Shown: positions 9,077 to 19,329, counted from the stretch's first letter. The stretch: 64,000 nt of DNA from Vampirovibrionales bacterium (GCA_029262635.1 JAJCZA010000029.1:29938-93937); one strand, 5' to 3'. A program made the numbers and translations. The notes: generated from the sequence alone by a model not told the origin.

Positions 9077-9114
9077 AGTCAGGACCAATGGCTAAAGAGA
9101 CAGGAATTTGACCG

Positions 9115-10287
9115 ATGGATGGGCAAGGACATACCTACGAAATTGTAATTAATAAAGACGAACTTCTGATTGAGCTGTCGTCAGATGATGTTTACTTTAT
9201 TTCCAAGCAGATGGATAAATGGTTCAAAATCCTGTTGGATGATAGCTATGTTCCTGTCAGTATACCCACCCCACCTCAAGCATTGCCAGCTCCTCCTGCT
9301 CAGGAAGAAGAACGTTCTCCTCAACCACCTTCTCTTCCACCAGAGCAACCTCAGCCGACCCAACAGCCGATTATGTCAGCTAACGACATGAGTCAGGTTC
9401 ACTTGCCCCATGAAATGCCTTCACAGCAATATTCTCAACAAGCGTATACTCAACCTGTTCAGTCTCATCCTGGGGTTCAGCCCTCTGTCATGCCTGCTCC
9501 GCCCCCTGTAGAAAACTATCCCCAGCCTGTTCAAAATTATAATCAACCTCAACAGAATCAAGCTGTTCAGCCTATGTTACCCCCTGTAGAGAACTCAACT
9601 CCTACACCGATACCGGCCGCTCATACCGCTCCGCCGAGTTCAATGCAGCCCATGCGGCCTTCTCCAGCTATTTCCCAACGTATGTCACCTTCAACAGCTC
9701 AGGTACAGCAACAAATTAACCCTTCGGCTCAGCCGGCGGCCCCGTTGCCACAGACGGAGTCGGTCCCTCACCCCATGGCTTCAACTCCTCCTGGAAGCGG
9801 GCCGGAATATTATCTGCCAGAACCGGAGGAGGTTTCTTTGCCTCAAGAAGCACCGGGTTTGGAAGCGCCATTACCTGCTGCTCTTGTGGAACAAACAGAA
9901 GAGGGAGAAGGCGATTTTGAGCGGGTTATGGATACGCTCATGGAGGATTTAGGCGAAAGTGATGCGACGCCATTTCAAGAAGAAGCTGACGAAACCATTA
10001 CCTCTTTGAGTGAACTGTGTAAAAAGGGGAATGCCAGTACGTCCGAAGATTTTATGTTGTTTACGGCTTATTATTTGACCTATTTTGAAGCGGTTGAGAA
10101 TTTTTCTCTTAAGCAACTAAACTCCGCAATGGTGAAATCGGGTTTAACCCCGGTAAATCACAGTGTCTTGGAAGTTGCACTTTCTAAAGGCTTTTTATCA
10201 ATGGTCCCTGATTTAACAGGGACTATGAATGTAACTGAGTATGCCTTAAGTCCTGAGGGTCAGCAGTACACAACCAACCTACTTTAG
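9115..10287 (+). CDS. Pro/Gln-rich low-complexity protein with N-terminal about 40-aa module and C-terminal globular domain
   Basis: 390-aa ORF. Residues about 50-250 are PQ-rich (PPQALPAPPAQEEE...QPVQNYNQPQQNQ). The C-terminal 120 aa are non-repetitive. Confidence 0.7.
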   Translation: MDGQGHTYEIVINKDELLIELSSDDVYFISKQMDKWFKILLDDSYVPVSIPTPPQALPAPPAQEEERSPQPPSLPPEQPQPTQQPIMSANDMSQVHLPHEMPSQQYSQQAYTQPVQSHPGVQPSVMPAPPPVENYPQPVQNYNQPQQNQAVQPMLPPVENSTPTPIPAAHTAPPSSMQPMRPSPAISQRMSPSTAQVQQQINPSAQPAAPLPQTESVPHPMASTPPGSGPEYYLPEPEEVSLPQEAPGLEAPLPAALVEQTEEGEGDFERVMDTLMEDLGESDATPFQEEADETITSLSELCKKGNASTSEDFMLFTAYYLTYFEAVENFSLKQLNSAMVKSGLTPVNHSVLEVALSKGFLSMVPDLTGTMNVTEYALSPEGQQYTTNLL

Positions 10288-10329
10288 GGCGGGTTACAGC
10301 GGTGATAAATAGACCCTTTGGTAATATCT

Positions 10330-10360
10330 ATTTACATAAAAAGCCCATTTTTATGTAAAT
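10330..10360. other. Perfect 13-bp AT-rich inverted repeat (ATTTACATAAAAA-gccca-TTTTTATGTAAAT) followed by a T-run; terminator and/or operator
   Basis: Read directly. It lies 43 nt after the 9115 ORF stop and about 90 nt upstream of prs, and is followed by tctgcatcttttttgcttttttg. Confidence 0.5.
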
Positions 10361-10438
10361 TCTGCATCTTTTTTGCTTTTTTGCTATTTTAAACCTGTAG
10401 AATATGACCGATAGCAAGCAGACTGGAGGGTTTTTCCC

Positions 10439-11434
10439 GTGACCGCAATCGAAATGAGGGTACCTGAGTTGGAGCAAGAGCGTAAGCCATCTGATACAAA
10501 TCAGGTTAAGATCTTCACCGGTCGTGCCAACCCCGTTCTTGCTGCGGAAATCGCTAAATACCTTGGGACTGAGTTAAGCGAGATTAATGTTAAAAATTTT
10601 AGTGATGGAGAAACTTACGTCAGGGTTGAGGAAAGTGTCCGAGGCCATGACGTTTTTGTTATTCAGCCGACTTGCAATCCGGTAAATGAAAATCTGATGG
10701 AACTGCTCCTGATGATTGATGCTCTCAAACGTTCTAGTGCCAACACCATTACAGCGGTAATTCCTTATTTTGGTTATGCTCGACAAGATCGAAAAACCGT
10801 GGGGCGAGAAGCGATTTCCGCTAAACTGGTTGCCGATATGATTTCAACGGCAGGTGCGCATCGGGTTGTGGCAATGGAGCTTCATACCGGACAGCTTCAA
10901 GGCTTTTTTAATATTTTAACGGATCATCTGTTCGCTACCCCGGCGTTTATGGCTTACCTGAAAGAGAAAAATCTGGACGATCTGGTGATTGTATCGCCCG
11001 ATGCGGGAGGGGTTGAGCGTGCTCGGGTTTATGCAAAAAAACTGGGCGCCCCCATTGCGATTATTGATAAACGGCGAAGCGAGCATAATAAAGCACAGGT
11101 CTACCACATTATTGGGGAAGTGAAGGACAAAAACGCTATTATTATTGATGACATGATCGACACCGGTGGTACCATTTGCGCCGGAGCTGAACTGGTTTTA
11201 AAAGAAGGTGCTAAAAGCGTATCAGCACTTGCCGCTCATGCGGTTTTTTCTGGCCCGGCAGTTAAGCGTTTGGAAGAATCAGTTTTCACTGAGGTTATTG
11301 TTAGTAACAGCATTCCCCTCTCGCCAGAGGCGGAAGCGTGCGAGAAGATTATACAACTTTCCATCGCTCCACTCTTAGGTGAGGCTATTCGTCGGATTCA
11401 TGACGATGAATCCGTTAGTCAGATGTTTGAGTAA
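10439..11434 (+). CDS. prs: Ribose-phosphate pyrophosphokinase (PRPP synthetase)
   Basis: VKIFTGRANPVLAAEIAKYLG, VAMELHTGQLQGFF and DDMIDTGGT are PRPP synthetase motifs. GTG start gives about 20 extra N-terminal residues. Confidence 0.92.
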   Translation: MTAIEMRVPELEQERKPSDTNQVKIFTGRANPVLAAEIAKYLGTELSEINVKNFSDGETYVRVEESVRGHDVFVIQPTCNPVNENLMELLLMIDALKRSSANTITAVIPYFGYARQDRKTVGREAISAKLVADMISTAGAHRVVAMELHTGQLQGFFNILTDHLFATPAFMAYLKEKNLDDLVIVSPDAGGVERARVYAKKLGAPIAIIDKRRSEHNKAQVYHIIGEVKDKNAIIIDDMIDTGGTICAGAELVLKEGAKSVSALAAHAVFSGPAVKRLEESVFTEVIVSNSIPLSPEAEACEKIIQLSIAPLLGEAIRRIHDDESVSQMFE

Positions 11435-11744
11435 CGTCTAACGGTTTCTTTCCGTGTAGGCCCTTTTCGCTTTTGGCACGACCGGGACTGTTTCAAGAAG
11501 ACTAATCTCACTGTTGCTACAAAAATAATAATTCATCTGTTTAGATGATGGGAATCGTAGCGCCGATAGTATATATTACAAATGTAGGGTTAAGCCGGAC
11601 TTACAACCCAAAACTAACGACCATAGGCTGTCTTCCTCAACTACTCAGCAAATGCTCTTTCCTTCGCTTCCGATTATTCTTTATGATCGGGGCGTTTTTG
11701 TTTCTAATTCTAGTTTAGCGAAATAAATTAGAGAAAAAATTTTC

Positions 11745-12050
11745 TCAGTCAGTGATCCCAAAAGATCGCTTATTCATTCTTTCTGACCACTTCGCTAAAG
11801 GATTTGACTCATTATGAGGTGCTTCGGCAACTAGAACAGTACTTTGAGTATAATTAGCTGTTATTCGTGTAAAAATATCGTTTTGATCGGGTACATCAAT
11901 CCCCACACCGCAATGGCTTGTTGGAGAGGTCTTAAACGCCACTTTGGCACCATTAAGCTGACTTGAAATGGGTCTAAAGTCAGAGGTTCGAATAAAAAAC
12001 AGGCTACCAAAAGCGGGCTGGGAAAAATGGGTATTGGATAATGGTGTCAT
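11745..12050 (-). CDS. Hypothetical protein (101 aa) downstream of dnaE
   Basis: ORF on the same strand as dnaE. No motifs recognised. Confidence 0.3.
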   Translation of the reverse strand: MTPLSNTHFSQPAFGSLFFIRTSDFRPISSQLNGAKVAFKTSPTSHCGVGIDVPDQNDIFTRITANYTQSTVLVAEAPHNESNPLAKWSERMNKRSFGITD

Positions 12051-12155
12051 GAGAGAAAATCCTTTTCAAAGTGTGAAATGGTTATATCAAGGAGTTGTTA
12101 CGATAACAAACGGGTAACAAATTTTAAATTGCCTATTGGGCTAAGAAAATAACAT

Positions 12156-15100
12156 TTAGACAATACAAAGAGAGGGGCCAAAATGGTTTTTGAGCGTTGT
12201 CTCTAATTGTTCTCGTTCGTTGCTCACCCAAAATTGGGCACCAGTCTTGATGCGGCATTCATTTTTGATGTTAAGAATGACCGGGTTTGACCCCCGAGCT
12301 TTGGCCAAGAGGTTCCCAAGTAGGGCGATGTCCTCGTATCGAGGTATCTGTTCGAAAAATAAATTCAAAGGCTTAACCTCATCAATGGGACGAACCTCAT
12401 CGATAATAATGCTGTAATTTTCCTTATCATCGCCTCGAAAGGAGAGTTTGCCTTCCACGATAACCTTTTGTCCGTCCACGATGAACGGCTCCGCTTTTTC
12501 CAGTACGCTACTAAAGGCTACGATTTCTACCGGGGCGGTCAAATCCTCCAGTGTGGCAATCATCATGGGCGTGCCTTTTCGAGTGATGCGTTTTTGCACT
12601 TTGGATAGTAGGCCACCCAGAATGACTTTAGTGCCATCGTCCATAGACTTCAGCTCGTTGGCCTGATGGGTGACCATCATGGGCAGTTGATCAATCAGAC
12701 TGTCCAACGGATGGCTGGAGACGTAAAAGCCCAACAGTTCTTTTTCGGCTTGTTGAATGGTCTCGTTATCGTACTCTGAAGGGTCGCCGCTTAACATTAA
12801 ACCGCTGGTTTCCATGCCCTGATCCGTCATGAGGTCAAACAGGCTAGATTGTCCCGTGGCTTTTTGTTCTTGAATCCGGTTGCCAAACTGAATCAGGGTT
12901 TCCACATTTTCCAGTAAACGCTTGCGGGATTCGCCAAATTCGGAGAACGCACCGCAGCGAATCAGGGATTCCATGGTTTTTCGGTTCAATACTCGGGTAT
13001 CTACCCGGCGAAGAAAGTCTTCGAGTGAGTCGAAGAGCTTTTCGTCCCGAGCTTTGACGATTTCTTCCACCACGCCCATGCCCACGTTTTTTACCGAGGC
13101 TAACCCAAAGCGGATGGCTTCGCCGTCTGGGGTGAATTCGGCTCCAGAGGTCATGACGTCCGGTGCTAGAATTTTGATTCCCATTCGGCGGGCGGTGAGC
13201 ATGTAGTACTGGATTTTGTCTAAATCGTTCCGCACGCTTGAGAGTAGAGCTGAGAGATATTCAACCGGGTAATGGACTTTTAAATAGGCGGTTTGGTAAG
13301 CGACAAAAGCATAGGCCGCCGAGTGAGACCGGTTAAAACAATAGGCTGCAAACTCGCTCATCATGTCAAATAGCTCGTTAGAAAGGCTTTCCGGGACACT
13401 GTTTTCGTTACAGCCTTCCACAAAGCCGTCTCGCTCCTTGGCCATGACGTCGGCCTTTTTCTTGCCCATGGCCCGCCGGAGTAAATCTGCGCGTCCTAAT
13501 GAATAACCCGCCAAAATCTGAGCAATTTGCATGATCTGCTCTTGATAGACGACGGTGCCGTAGGTACTTTCCAAAATAGGCTCTAAGTCCGGGTGGGGGA
13601 AGACAATTTCCGAGCGCCCGTGTTTTCGATCCACAAACTGTTTGGCCATGCCGGAATTAAGTGGGCCGGGGCGAAACAAGGCGACTAGCGCGTTAATATC
13701 TTCAAACGTGGAGGGTTTTAGGTCTTTTTCCAGTTGCTTCATTCCACTGGATTCTAGCTGAAAAACCCCGTCTGTATCACCCAGTGATAGCATGGCGTAG
13801 ACTTTTTCATCATCTAGTGGGATGCTGTCAATTTCTAGGGCCACACCTTTTTTGTCTTTCACCCAACGAACAGTATTATCAATGATAGTCAGGTTTCGAA
13901 GGCCTAGGAAATCCATTTTAAGTAGTCCTAGCCGTTCTAAATCACCCATGGTGTATTGGGAAATCACCTGACCGTCTTTGGATTTCTGAATGGGCACAAT
14001 GTCCATCAGTGGATCCTTAGAAATTACCACACCTGCCGCATGAGTGCCCACGTTGCAAGCCGTTCCTTCTAGCTTCAGGGCCAGATCCACCAACTCTTTG
14101 ACTTCAGTTTTGGCTTCGTATTCGATGGCTAGTTCCATGCCCTTTTCGAGGGCGTCTTTGAGCTTGGTGCCTGGTGTGGCGGGAATCATTTTGGCCAGTC
14201 GATCGCTTTCAGCAAAGGGAATATCCATAACTCGGGCGACGGCTTTTAGTGCGGCACGGGCGGCCAGTGTACCAAATGTGGCAATCTGGCAGACTTTTTC
14301 CTTGCCATATAAATCCCGAACGTGTTGAATCACCTCTTCTCGACGTTCAATGCAGAAGTCGATATCAATATCAGGCATAGAGACCCGTTCCGGGTTTAGA
14401 AACCTTTCAAACAGGAGGTTATGCTCCAGTGGATCTAAATTTGTAATCCCCAGCACATAAGCCACAAGGCTTCCTGCCGCGGAGCCTCGACCAGGGCCAA
14501 CAGGAATGTTCAGTTCCCTCGCCCAATGGATGAACTCCCACGTAATGAGGAAATAAGCCGGAAAACCCATCTGGTTGATGATCCCCAGTTCATATTTCAG
14601 GCGCTTGTCTACGGTGTCATCAGGGTTCACTTCGCCATAGCGCTTTCGGGCATGTTCATAAACCACCCGCTCTAGCTCTTCCGCTTCACTGGTACCTTTG
14701 GGGAGCGGGTATTCCGGTAAAATAGAGACTCCTTGCTGGAGTTCCAGATTGCATTTATCGGCAACCTTGCCGGTGTTGTCGATAGCTCGCTTTACAATGG
14801 CCGAGTCCAGATGGTTGAACTTGAGAGCCAGCTCTTCGCCAGATTTAATATAGTATTCTGGTCCGTAGAACGAACCTCGATTGGATTCATGAACCGTTTT
14901 GCCTTCCTGCATGCAGAGCAAGATGCTATGAACTTCATGTTCACCGGCTCGGGTAAATCGACTGCTGTTGGTGGCAACCAGTTCCACGTTCAGTTCATCG
15001 GCGATTTTAATTGATTCGGTACTTAGACGATACTCGCCTTCTTTATCGTGGTCTTGCAGTTCAATGTAAAAATCATCGCCAAAAATAGCGTGGAGTCGTT

Positions 15101-15632
15101 GGGCATTGGCGTAAGCTTCCTCTGTATTTCCTCGTAAAAAGGGACGCCCAATCACTCCGGCCAGATCACCGCTCAGGGCTATAAGGCCTTCTGAATGTTG
15201 TTCCAGAAGCTTCCAGTTAATCCGGGGTTTATAATAAAATCCTTCAATCTGTGCCAGGCTCACCAGTTTGACAAGATTTTGATAGCCGGTCAGATTTTTG
15301 CAGAGGAGGGGCAGATAGTACCATTGCTGCTTGGTACTGCGATCCTGATGGTCGCCATCCACCAGAAAGACTTCACACCCGACGATAGGCTTAATGCCCG
15401 CATCTTTGGCTTTGTTATAAAACTCCACGGCACCGTACATGACCCCGCTATCGGTAATCCCCATGGCTGAAAATTTTTTCTCTTTGCCGACCTTGATTAA
15501 TTCGGGGATCTTGGTTGTGGCTTCCAGCAGGCTGTAATGGGTATGGATGTTCAATGGGACAAAGCCGGTTTCTGACTTTCCCTCAATGTCTTCAATCTTC
15601 CCAATGCTTTTTGTATCGCCCGTTTCCGTCAT
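12156..15632 (-). CDS. dnaE: DNA polymerase III alpha subunit
   Basis: 1158 aa. PHP domain (FVPLNIHTHYSLLEATTKI...), PDIDIDF catalytic motif, and ILAPDVMTSGAEF. Confidence 0.95.
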   Translation of the reverse strand: MTETGDTKSIGKIEDIEGKSETGFVPLNIHTHYSLLEATTKIPELIKVGKEKKFSAMGITDSGVMYGAVEFYNKAKDAGIKPIVGCEVFLVDGDHQDRSTKQQWYYLPLLCKNLTGYQNLVKLVSLAQIEGFYYKPRINWKLLEQHSEGLIALSGDLAGVIGRPFLRGNTEEAYANAQRLHAIFGDDFYIELQDHDKEGEYRLSTESIKIADELNVELVATNSSRFTRAGEHEVHSILLCMQEGKTVHESNRGSFYGPEYYIKSGEELALKFNHLDSAIVKRAIDNTGKVADKCNLELQQGVSILPEYPLPKGTSEAEELERVVYEHARKRYGEVNPDDTVDKRLKYELGIINQMGFPAYFLITWEFIHWARELNIPVGPGRGSAAGSLVAYVLGITNLDPLEHNLLFERFLNPERVSMPDIDIDFCIERREEVIQHVRDLYGKEKVCQIATFGTLAARAALKAVARVMDIPFAESDRLAKMIPATPGTKLKDALEKGMELAIEYEAKTEVKELVDLALKLEGTACNVGTHAAGVVISKDPLMDIVPIQKSKDGQVISQYTMGDLERLGLLKMDFLGLRNLTIIDNTVRWVKDKKGVALEIDSIPLDDEKVYAMLSLGDTDGVFQLESSGMKQLEKDLKPSTFEDINALVALFRPGPLNSGMAKQFVDRKHGRSEIVFPHPDLEPILESTYGTVVYQEQIMQIAQILAGYSLGRADLLRRAMGKKKADVMAKERDGFVEGCNENSVPESLSNELFDMMSEFAAYCFNRSHSAAYAFVAYQTAYLKVHYPVEYLSALLSSVRNDLDKIQYYMLTARRMGIKILAPDVMTSGAEFTPDGEAIRFGLASVKNVGMGVVEEIVKARDEKLFDSLEDFLRRVDTRVLNRKTMESLIRCGAFSEFGESRKRLLENVETLIQFGNRIQEQKATGQSSLFDLMTDQGMETSGLMLSGDPSEYDNETIQQAEKELLGFYVSSHPLDSLIDQLPMMVTHQANELKSMDDGTKVILGGLLSKVQKRITRKGTPMMIATLEDLTAPVEIVAFSSVLEKAEPFIVDGQKVIVEGKLSFRGDDKENYSIIIDEVRPIDEVKPLNLFFEQIPRYEDIALLGNLLAKARGSNPVILNIKNECRIKTGAQFWVSNEREQLETTLKNHFGPSLCIV

Positions 15633-15780
15633 CGTGGCGCCTTTTATCCTTTCATCATCTCTCTTCTCTCAATCTCTCTTTTCTTAGTTTTCCCTATTGT
15701 CGCATCGAACCCCACCCCCGTAAAGTAACAAAACAGAGAATCCTTCAGCATGAAATTTTATAAAAAACGGTTAAGGGGGT

Positions 15781-17535
15781 CTACTTGATTTGGTTATAGG
15801 CGCTGTTGAGTAAGCCCAGGACATTAATCAGGCTGGCGTTGTAGAGGATTTGCGTCTCGTTAACGGAAAACGCTTTTTCATCATCCACGTAGCTCATAGC
15901 TTGCATACCTTTGGGCGTTTTGCCATCGTTGGGATAGTTGTTGGGACCAGCGACCAGCAAGCCGGGAATCACTTGGCCGCCTCGCTGAACGAATCGATGG
16001 TAGGGGTGTTTGACTGAATTGGGAGAGATGCCCGTGACATAGGTGATATCCACCGGGTTCATGCCAAAGAAATAGTGCACCATATTGGCTGCTGCTTCCC
16101 GGTATTTATTCCCATGGGTCATTCGGTAAGCCGAAAGCAGGATTGAGGCGTGTTCCAGAATTTGATGGTTAGAGCCACGCGTGTATTGCAATACGCTTAC
16201 GTGGTATGAATTGTTGTTCACTCGCTTTACCAGCATATCGGCTGAGTGTACAATTTGACGTCGAAAATAGTTAACGATGGTTTTATCCCGTTTATCACTC
16301 TGGGTGTATAGAACATAGTTCTCCATGCCCAGAATCACCGGATTTTTCCAGGAATAAGGTTCTATCTTGACCGATTTGTAGTTTTTTTCAATATAGTGGG
16401 CGTATTTAGCTTTTCCTGTGGCAAGATACAGCTCGATGGCCGCCCACAGTCGGTAGTTTCTATCACCTGCGGCGTTAATGTACTCTCGTGAACCGGCATC
16501 GTCATCTAAATCGACGTCAAGGAGATTTTCCGGGTGGGTTTCCAGGTATTTCCAGGCCCGTTCAGCGGCAATTAAATTTTTGACGGCATAGCCAAAATCA
16601 GCTTTTTTATAATTCCTAGAAGCAATGGCCATAACGGCCGCTCCAATGGCCGTATCTTGCGATGTGACACCAAACACATAGCGACGTTGCGTATCGTATT
16701 CCGGTGATTTTGTCGTAGGAAAAGATTTACCAGCCACTTTTCTGTAAAACACTCCGTCGTTTCGTTGCATGGCCAACAACCAGTCTAATCCGAATTTAAT
16801 TTCATGCAGGTAGTCCGCTACATCACCCAATCCCGGCTCTGCCATCGGATAATCCAGCTTGAGATAGCGCATGTTTTTAGGATCGACTTCGTTTACGGCT
16901 AGCATTTTAGCAACGGACAGACCTGTGGTGGTTACAAATTTGGCGTAATTATTACTGTTATACCAACCACCGCCGGCGTCTTTAAAAAAAATATCGCCCG
17001 TGTCCCGATCTTCCACGTAACCATCTTCCAGGTGAGTTGCCTCGCGAAGAATCCGGTTATTTTTTCCGACAAGCTCTTGTCCGCTTCGCTGTAGATAAAA
17101 CGAACGAACCGAAGGGATCATAGCATCCCAGTACAAGAATTCGGAAATATGAATCGGCACACTAATATCCGTGCCCTTAATCCGGAGCTGAAAATCACCG
17201 GGCTGTTTAAAATCAGAAAAATCAACAATCCAACGTTCCGCACCGGGGCCTTGCATTTTGTCGTCGACAAAGCGCTTAACGCTTTCTAGCTTGTAAAGTA
17301 CTTTGCCGATTTTAAAGGGAATAGCGTGTTTATAGGTTGGATCAAAAATTTCCAGTTTAACCTCGGTGCCCTTGGGCACATCTTCTAGAATGGCATGTTT
17401 AGTTGCGTTGGGATGATAGCCCACCTGATCGACTTTGAGCGTATAGGCGTCGGCGAAAAAACTGCCCATGAGCAAAAGGCACACGACCCAGAAGAAAATA
17501 GAACGAGATATCCACTTCCACGTTTGATGATTCAT
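15781..17535 (-). CDS. Secreted GH9-family-like protein with N-terminal Ig-like (CelD_N) domain; catalytic DAGD motif replaced by NSNN
   Basis: Signal peptide MNHQTWKWISRSIFFWVVCLLLMGSFFADA. CelD_N start YTLKVDQVGYHP. GH9 block DAGGGWYNSNNYAKF (compare GGWYDAGDxxKF), HPYHRF, and C-terminal NETQILYNAS. Start chosen at ATG 17535; the track ORF extends to 17667. Confidence 0.75.
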   Translation of the reverse strand: MNHQTWKWISRSIFFWVVCLLLMGSFFADAYTLKVDQVGYHPNATKHAILEDVPKGTEVKLEIFDPTYKHAIPFKIGKVLYKLESVKRFVDDKMQGPGAERWIVDFSDFKQPGDFQLRIKGTDISVPIHISEFLYWDAMIPSVRSFYLQRSGQELVGKNNRILREATHLEDGYVEDRDTGDIFFKDAGGGWYNSNNYAKFVTTTGLSVAKMLAVNEVDPKNMRYLKLDYPMAEPGLGDVADYLHEIKFGLDWLLAMQRNDGVFYRKVAGKSFPTTKSPEYDTQRRYVFGVTSQDTAIGAAVMAIASRNYKKADFGYAVKNLIAAERAWKYLETHPENLLDVDLDDDAGSREYINAAGDRNYRLWAAIELYLATGKAKYAHYIEKNYKSVKIEPYSWKNPVILGMENYVLYTQSDKRDKTIVNYFRRQIVHSADMLVKRVNNNSYHVSVLQYTRGSNHQILEHASILLSAYRMTHGNKYREAAANMVHYFFGMNPVDITYVTGISPNSVKHPYHRFVQRGGQVIPGLLVAGPNNYPNDGKTPKGMQAMSYVDDEKAFSVNETQILYNASLINVLGLLNSAYNQIK

Positions 17536-17605
17536 TAGATAAGGTGTCCTCATATACAATTCAAAAGCAACTTTTGTAATATTAAGATACCTCAACCCAG
17601 CGCGT

Positions 17606-19297
17606 ATGTGTACAATGGATAGCATGTTTAGAACAAAACTTTTTGCAAAGCTGAATCTTGACTCCACACAGATGAGCCGAGGACTTTGGATTTTGCTGAT
17701 TTTGCTGATTCTTTTTGGGTCGGCTCTCCGATTGTTTCAGTGGGACGAACGAAGTCTATGGCAGGATGAAGTCTTTACGGTTTCTCTTGCCACGGGAAAT
17801 CCCCTGTTTGAATCAACCTTGTTGCCCGATAATTTTGAACCGGATCCGTCAACCCCTCAAGCGCCTGAATATTATCGAAAAAAAGCCAATGCTCTCCAGT
17901 CATGGGATGATTTTGTGGCTGGGCTTCAGCACAATATCCAGATGCCCTTCTATCCCTTTGTTATTCGTCATTGGGTCACGTTTTTGACTGATTCCCCGAT
18001 TCACCTGCGGATGTTATCGATTCTAGCCGGGGTATTGGCCATTCCCTCGGCGTTTTTTTTAGGACGAGAGCTTATGGATAACCGGCTTGGACTTCTTATG
18101 GCAGGCATCTTTACTTTATCCGGCTTTCAGTTGATTTATAGCCAAACGGCTCGGGTTTACGCCTTGCTCACCCTGATTACCTTACTCTCTTCATGGGTGC
18201 TTATTCGGCTAACTCGGTTGCCTCAAAGGAAAAAAAGCCTCCTCTGCTTGCTTTTTGCGGTGTTAAGCTTATTGGGGGCTTACAGTCACTACTTTTACGG
18301 GTTTATCCTGATTTTTCATGGCGCTTGGGCTGTATTGCAGAGTGTCAAGTCTTCTGAACTTAGAAAACCTTTGCTGATAACAGGTTTAATGATTGGCTTT
18401 TTTAGCCTGCCCGGCTTGTGGCTTCTTTTCAATCAACTCCAGTTTATTAAAACAATCGGGCATGGCAACCTCAATGGATTATGGGAACCGTTAAACCTGA
18501 TGGAACGCTTGTGGAGTAATCTGCTTTCTATGATTAGTCCCAAGGATACTCCGACAAAAATTGTTGTTTTTATGCTTATTATTGGAGGTGTTGTTCAGGG
18601 CCTTCGAAAAAAATTACCAGCGCCTCCACTGCTCTTTGCCGGCCTCTGGTTACTTATCCTGGTTGGTGGGCTGGTTAGTGTGGATCTTATCAGTGAAACC
18701 CATCGGATTATGTCCAAGCGTTACCTGATTTTAGCCTCACCGGCAATAGTTTTACTGCTTGCTTACGGGCTTTACGCTCTTTTTACCAGCTTTCCAAAGC
18801 AAAGAGTCATTGTTGGCCTTCTTTTTTGCGGTTTTGTGGGCTTAATGGCTCAAAACTGCGTTCAGGTGCTAAGCGGAGAGAAATTTTTACGTAAAGAGGA
18901 TTATCGAAGTGCTGGATTAGTGATTCAAGCGGAACACCAACCGGGTGATCTCGTTTTGATTTCTCATTCGGGTGTTCACGCGGCAGGAATGGCCTTTTAT
19001 TTACCAGATGTTATAACGATGGCAGGTATTAGTCGGCGAAATGAGGGTACAGTATGGCTACCCAGTAAACTGGCTCAACATTTAAGTGGGTTGACTCAGA
19101 ATAAGTCCAACGTCTGGCTGGTTGAAACGCATATCCGTCCTCGCTCGCTTCAACAAGCCATTGAAGCCTGGATGAACCAGAGTTATAGCCTGAAGAGTAC
19201 CCGAAAATTCAGCAGTGTCCGCCTACTCCAGTTTAAAAAAACAGGAAATGCAAGAGGCTTTAGAAGGATGAAAACCCGGCGTGCTGATCTAAAATAG
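17606..19297 (+). CDS. GT-C fold membrane glycosyltransferase (ArnT/PMT, GT39/GT83-like) #1
   Basis: Polytopic. First loop is LFQWDERSLWQDEVFT (the DE motif typical of PMT/ArnT). The start may be the internal Met at 17672 (MSRGLWILLILLILFG). Confidence 0.7.
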   Translation: MCTMDSMFRTKLFAKLNLDSTQMSRGLWILLILLILFGSALRLFQWDERSLWQDEVFTVSLATGNPLFESTLLPDNFEPDPSTPQAPEYYRKKANALQSWDDFVAGLQHNIQMPFYPFVIRHWVTFLTDSPIHLRMLSILAGVLAIPSAFFLGRELMDNRLGLLMAGIFTLSGFQLIYSQTARVYALLTLITLLSSWVLIRLTRLPQRKKSLLCLLFAVLSLLGAYSHYFYGFILIFHGAWAVLQSVKSSELRKPLLITGLMIGFFSLPGLWLLFNQLQFIKTIGHGNLNGLWEPLNLMERLWSNLLSMISPKDTPTKIVVFMLIIGGVVQGLRKKLPAPPLLFAGLWLLILVGGLVSVDLISETHRIMSKRYLILASPAIVLLLAYGLYALFTSFPKQRVIVGLLFCGFVGLMAQNCVQVLSGEKFLRKEDYRSAGLVIQAEHQPGDLVLISHSGVHAAGMAFYLPDVITMAGISRRNEGTVWLPSKLAQHLSGLTQNKSNVWLVETHIRPRSLQQAIEAWMNQSYSLKSTRKFSSVRLLQFKKTGNARGFRRMKTRRADLK

Positions 19298-19329
19298 TTT
19301 GTAACGTTTTCTCTAACAGCACCTTATTC

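Noticed and set aside
12190-15470. Several 60-95 aa ORFs on the plus strand inside dnaE, and similar antisense ORFs inside other long genes (5272-6439, 14044-15014, 25394-25713, 29305-30446, 30709-31550, 42154-42695, 45363-46215, 56201-56484, 56904-58298)
   Set aside because: They are antisense or embedded in strongly supported CDSs. Their composition is typical of shadow ORFs.
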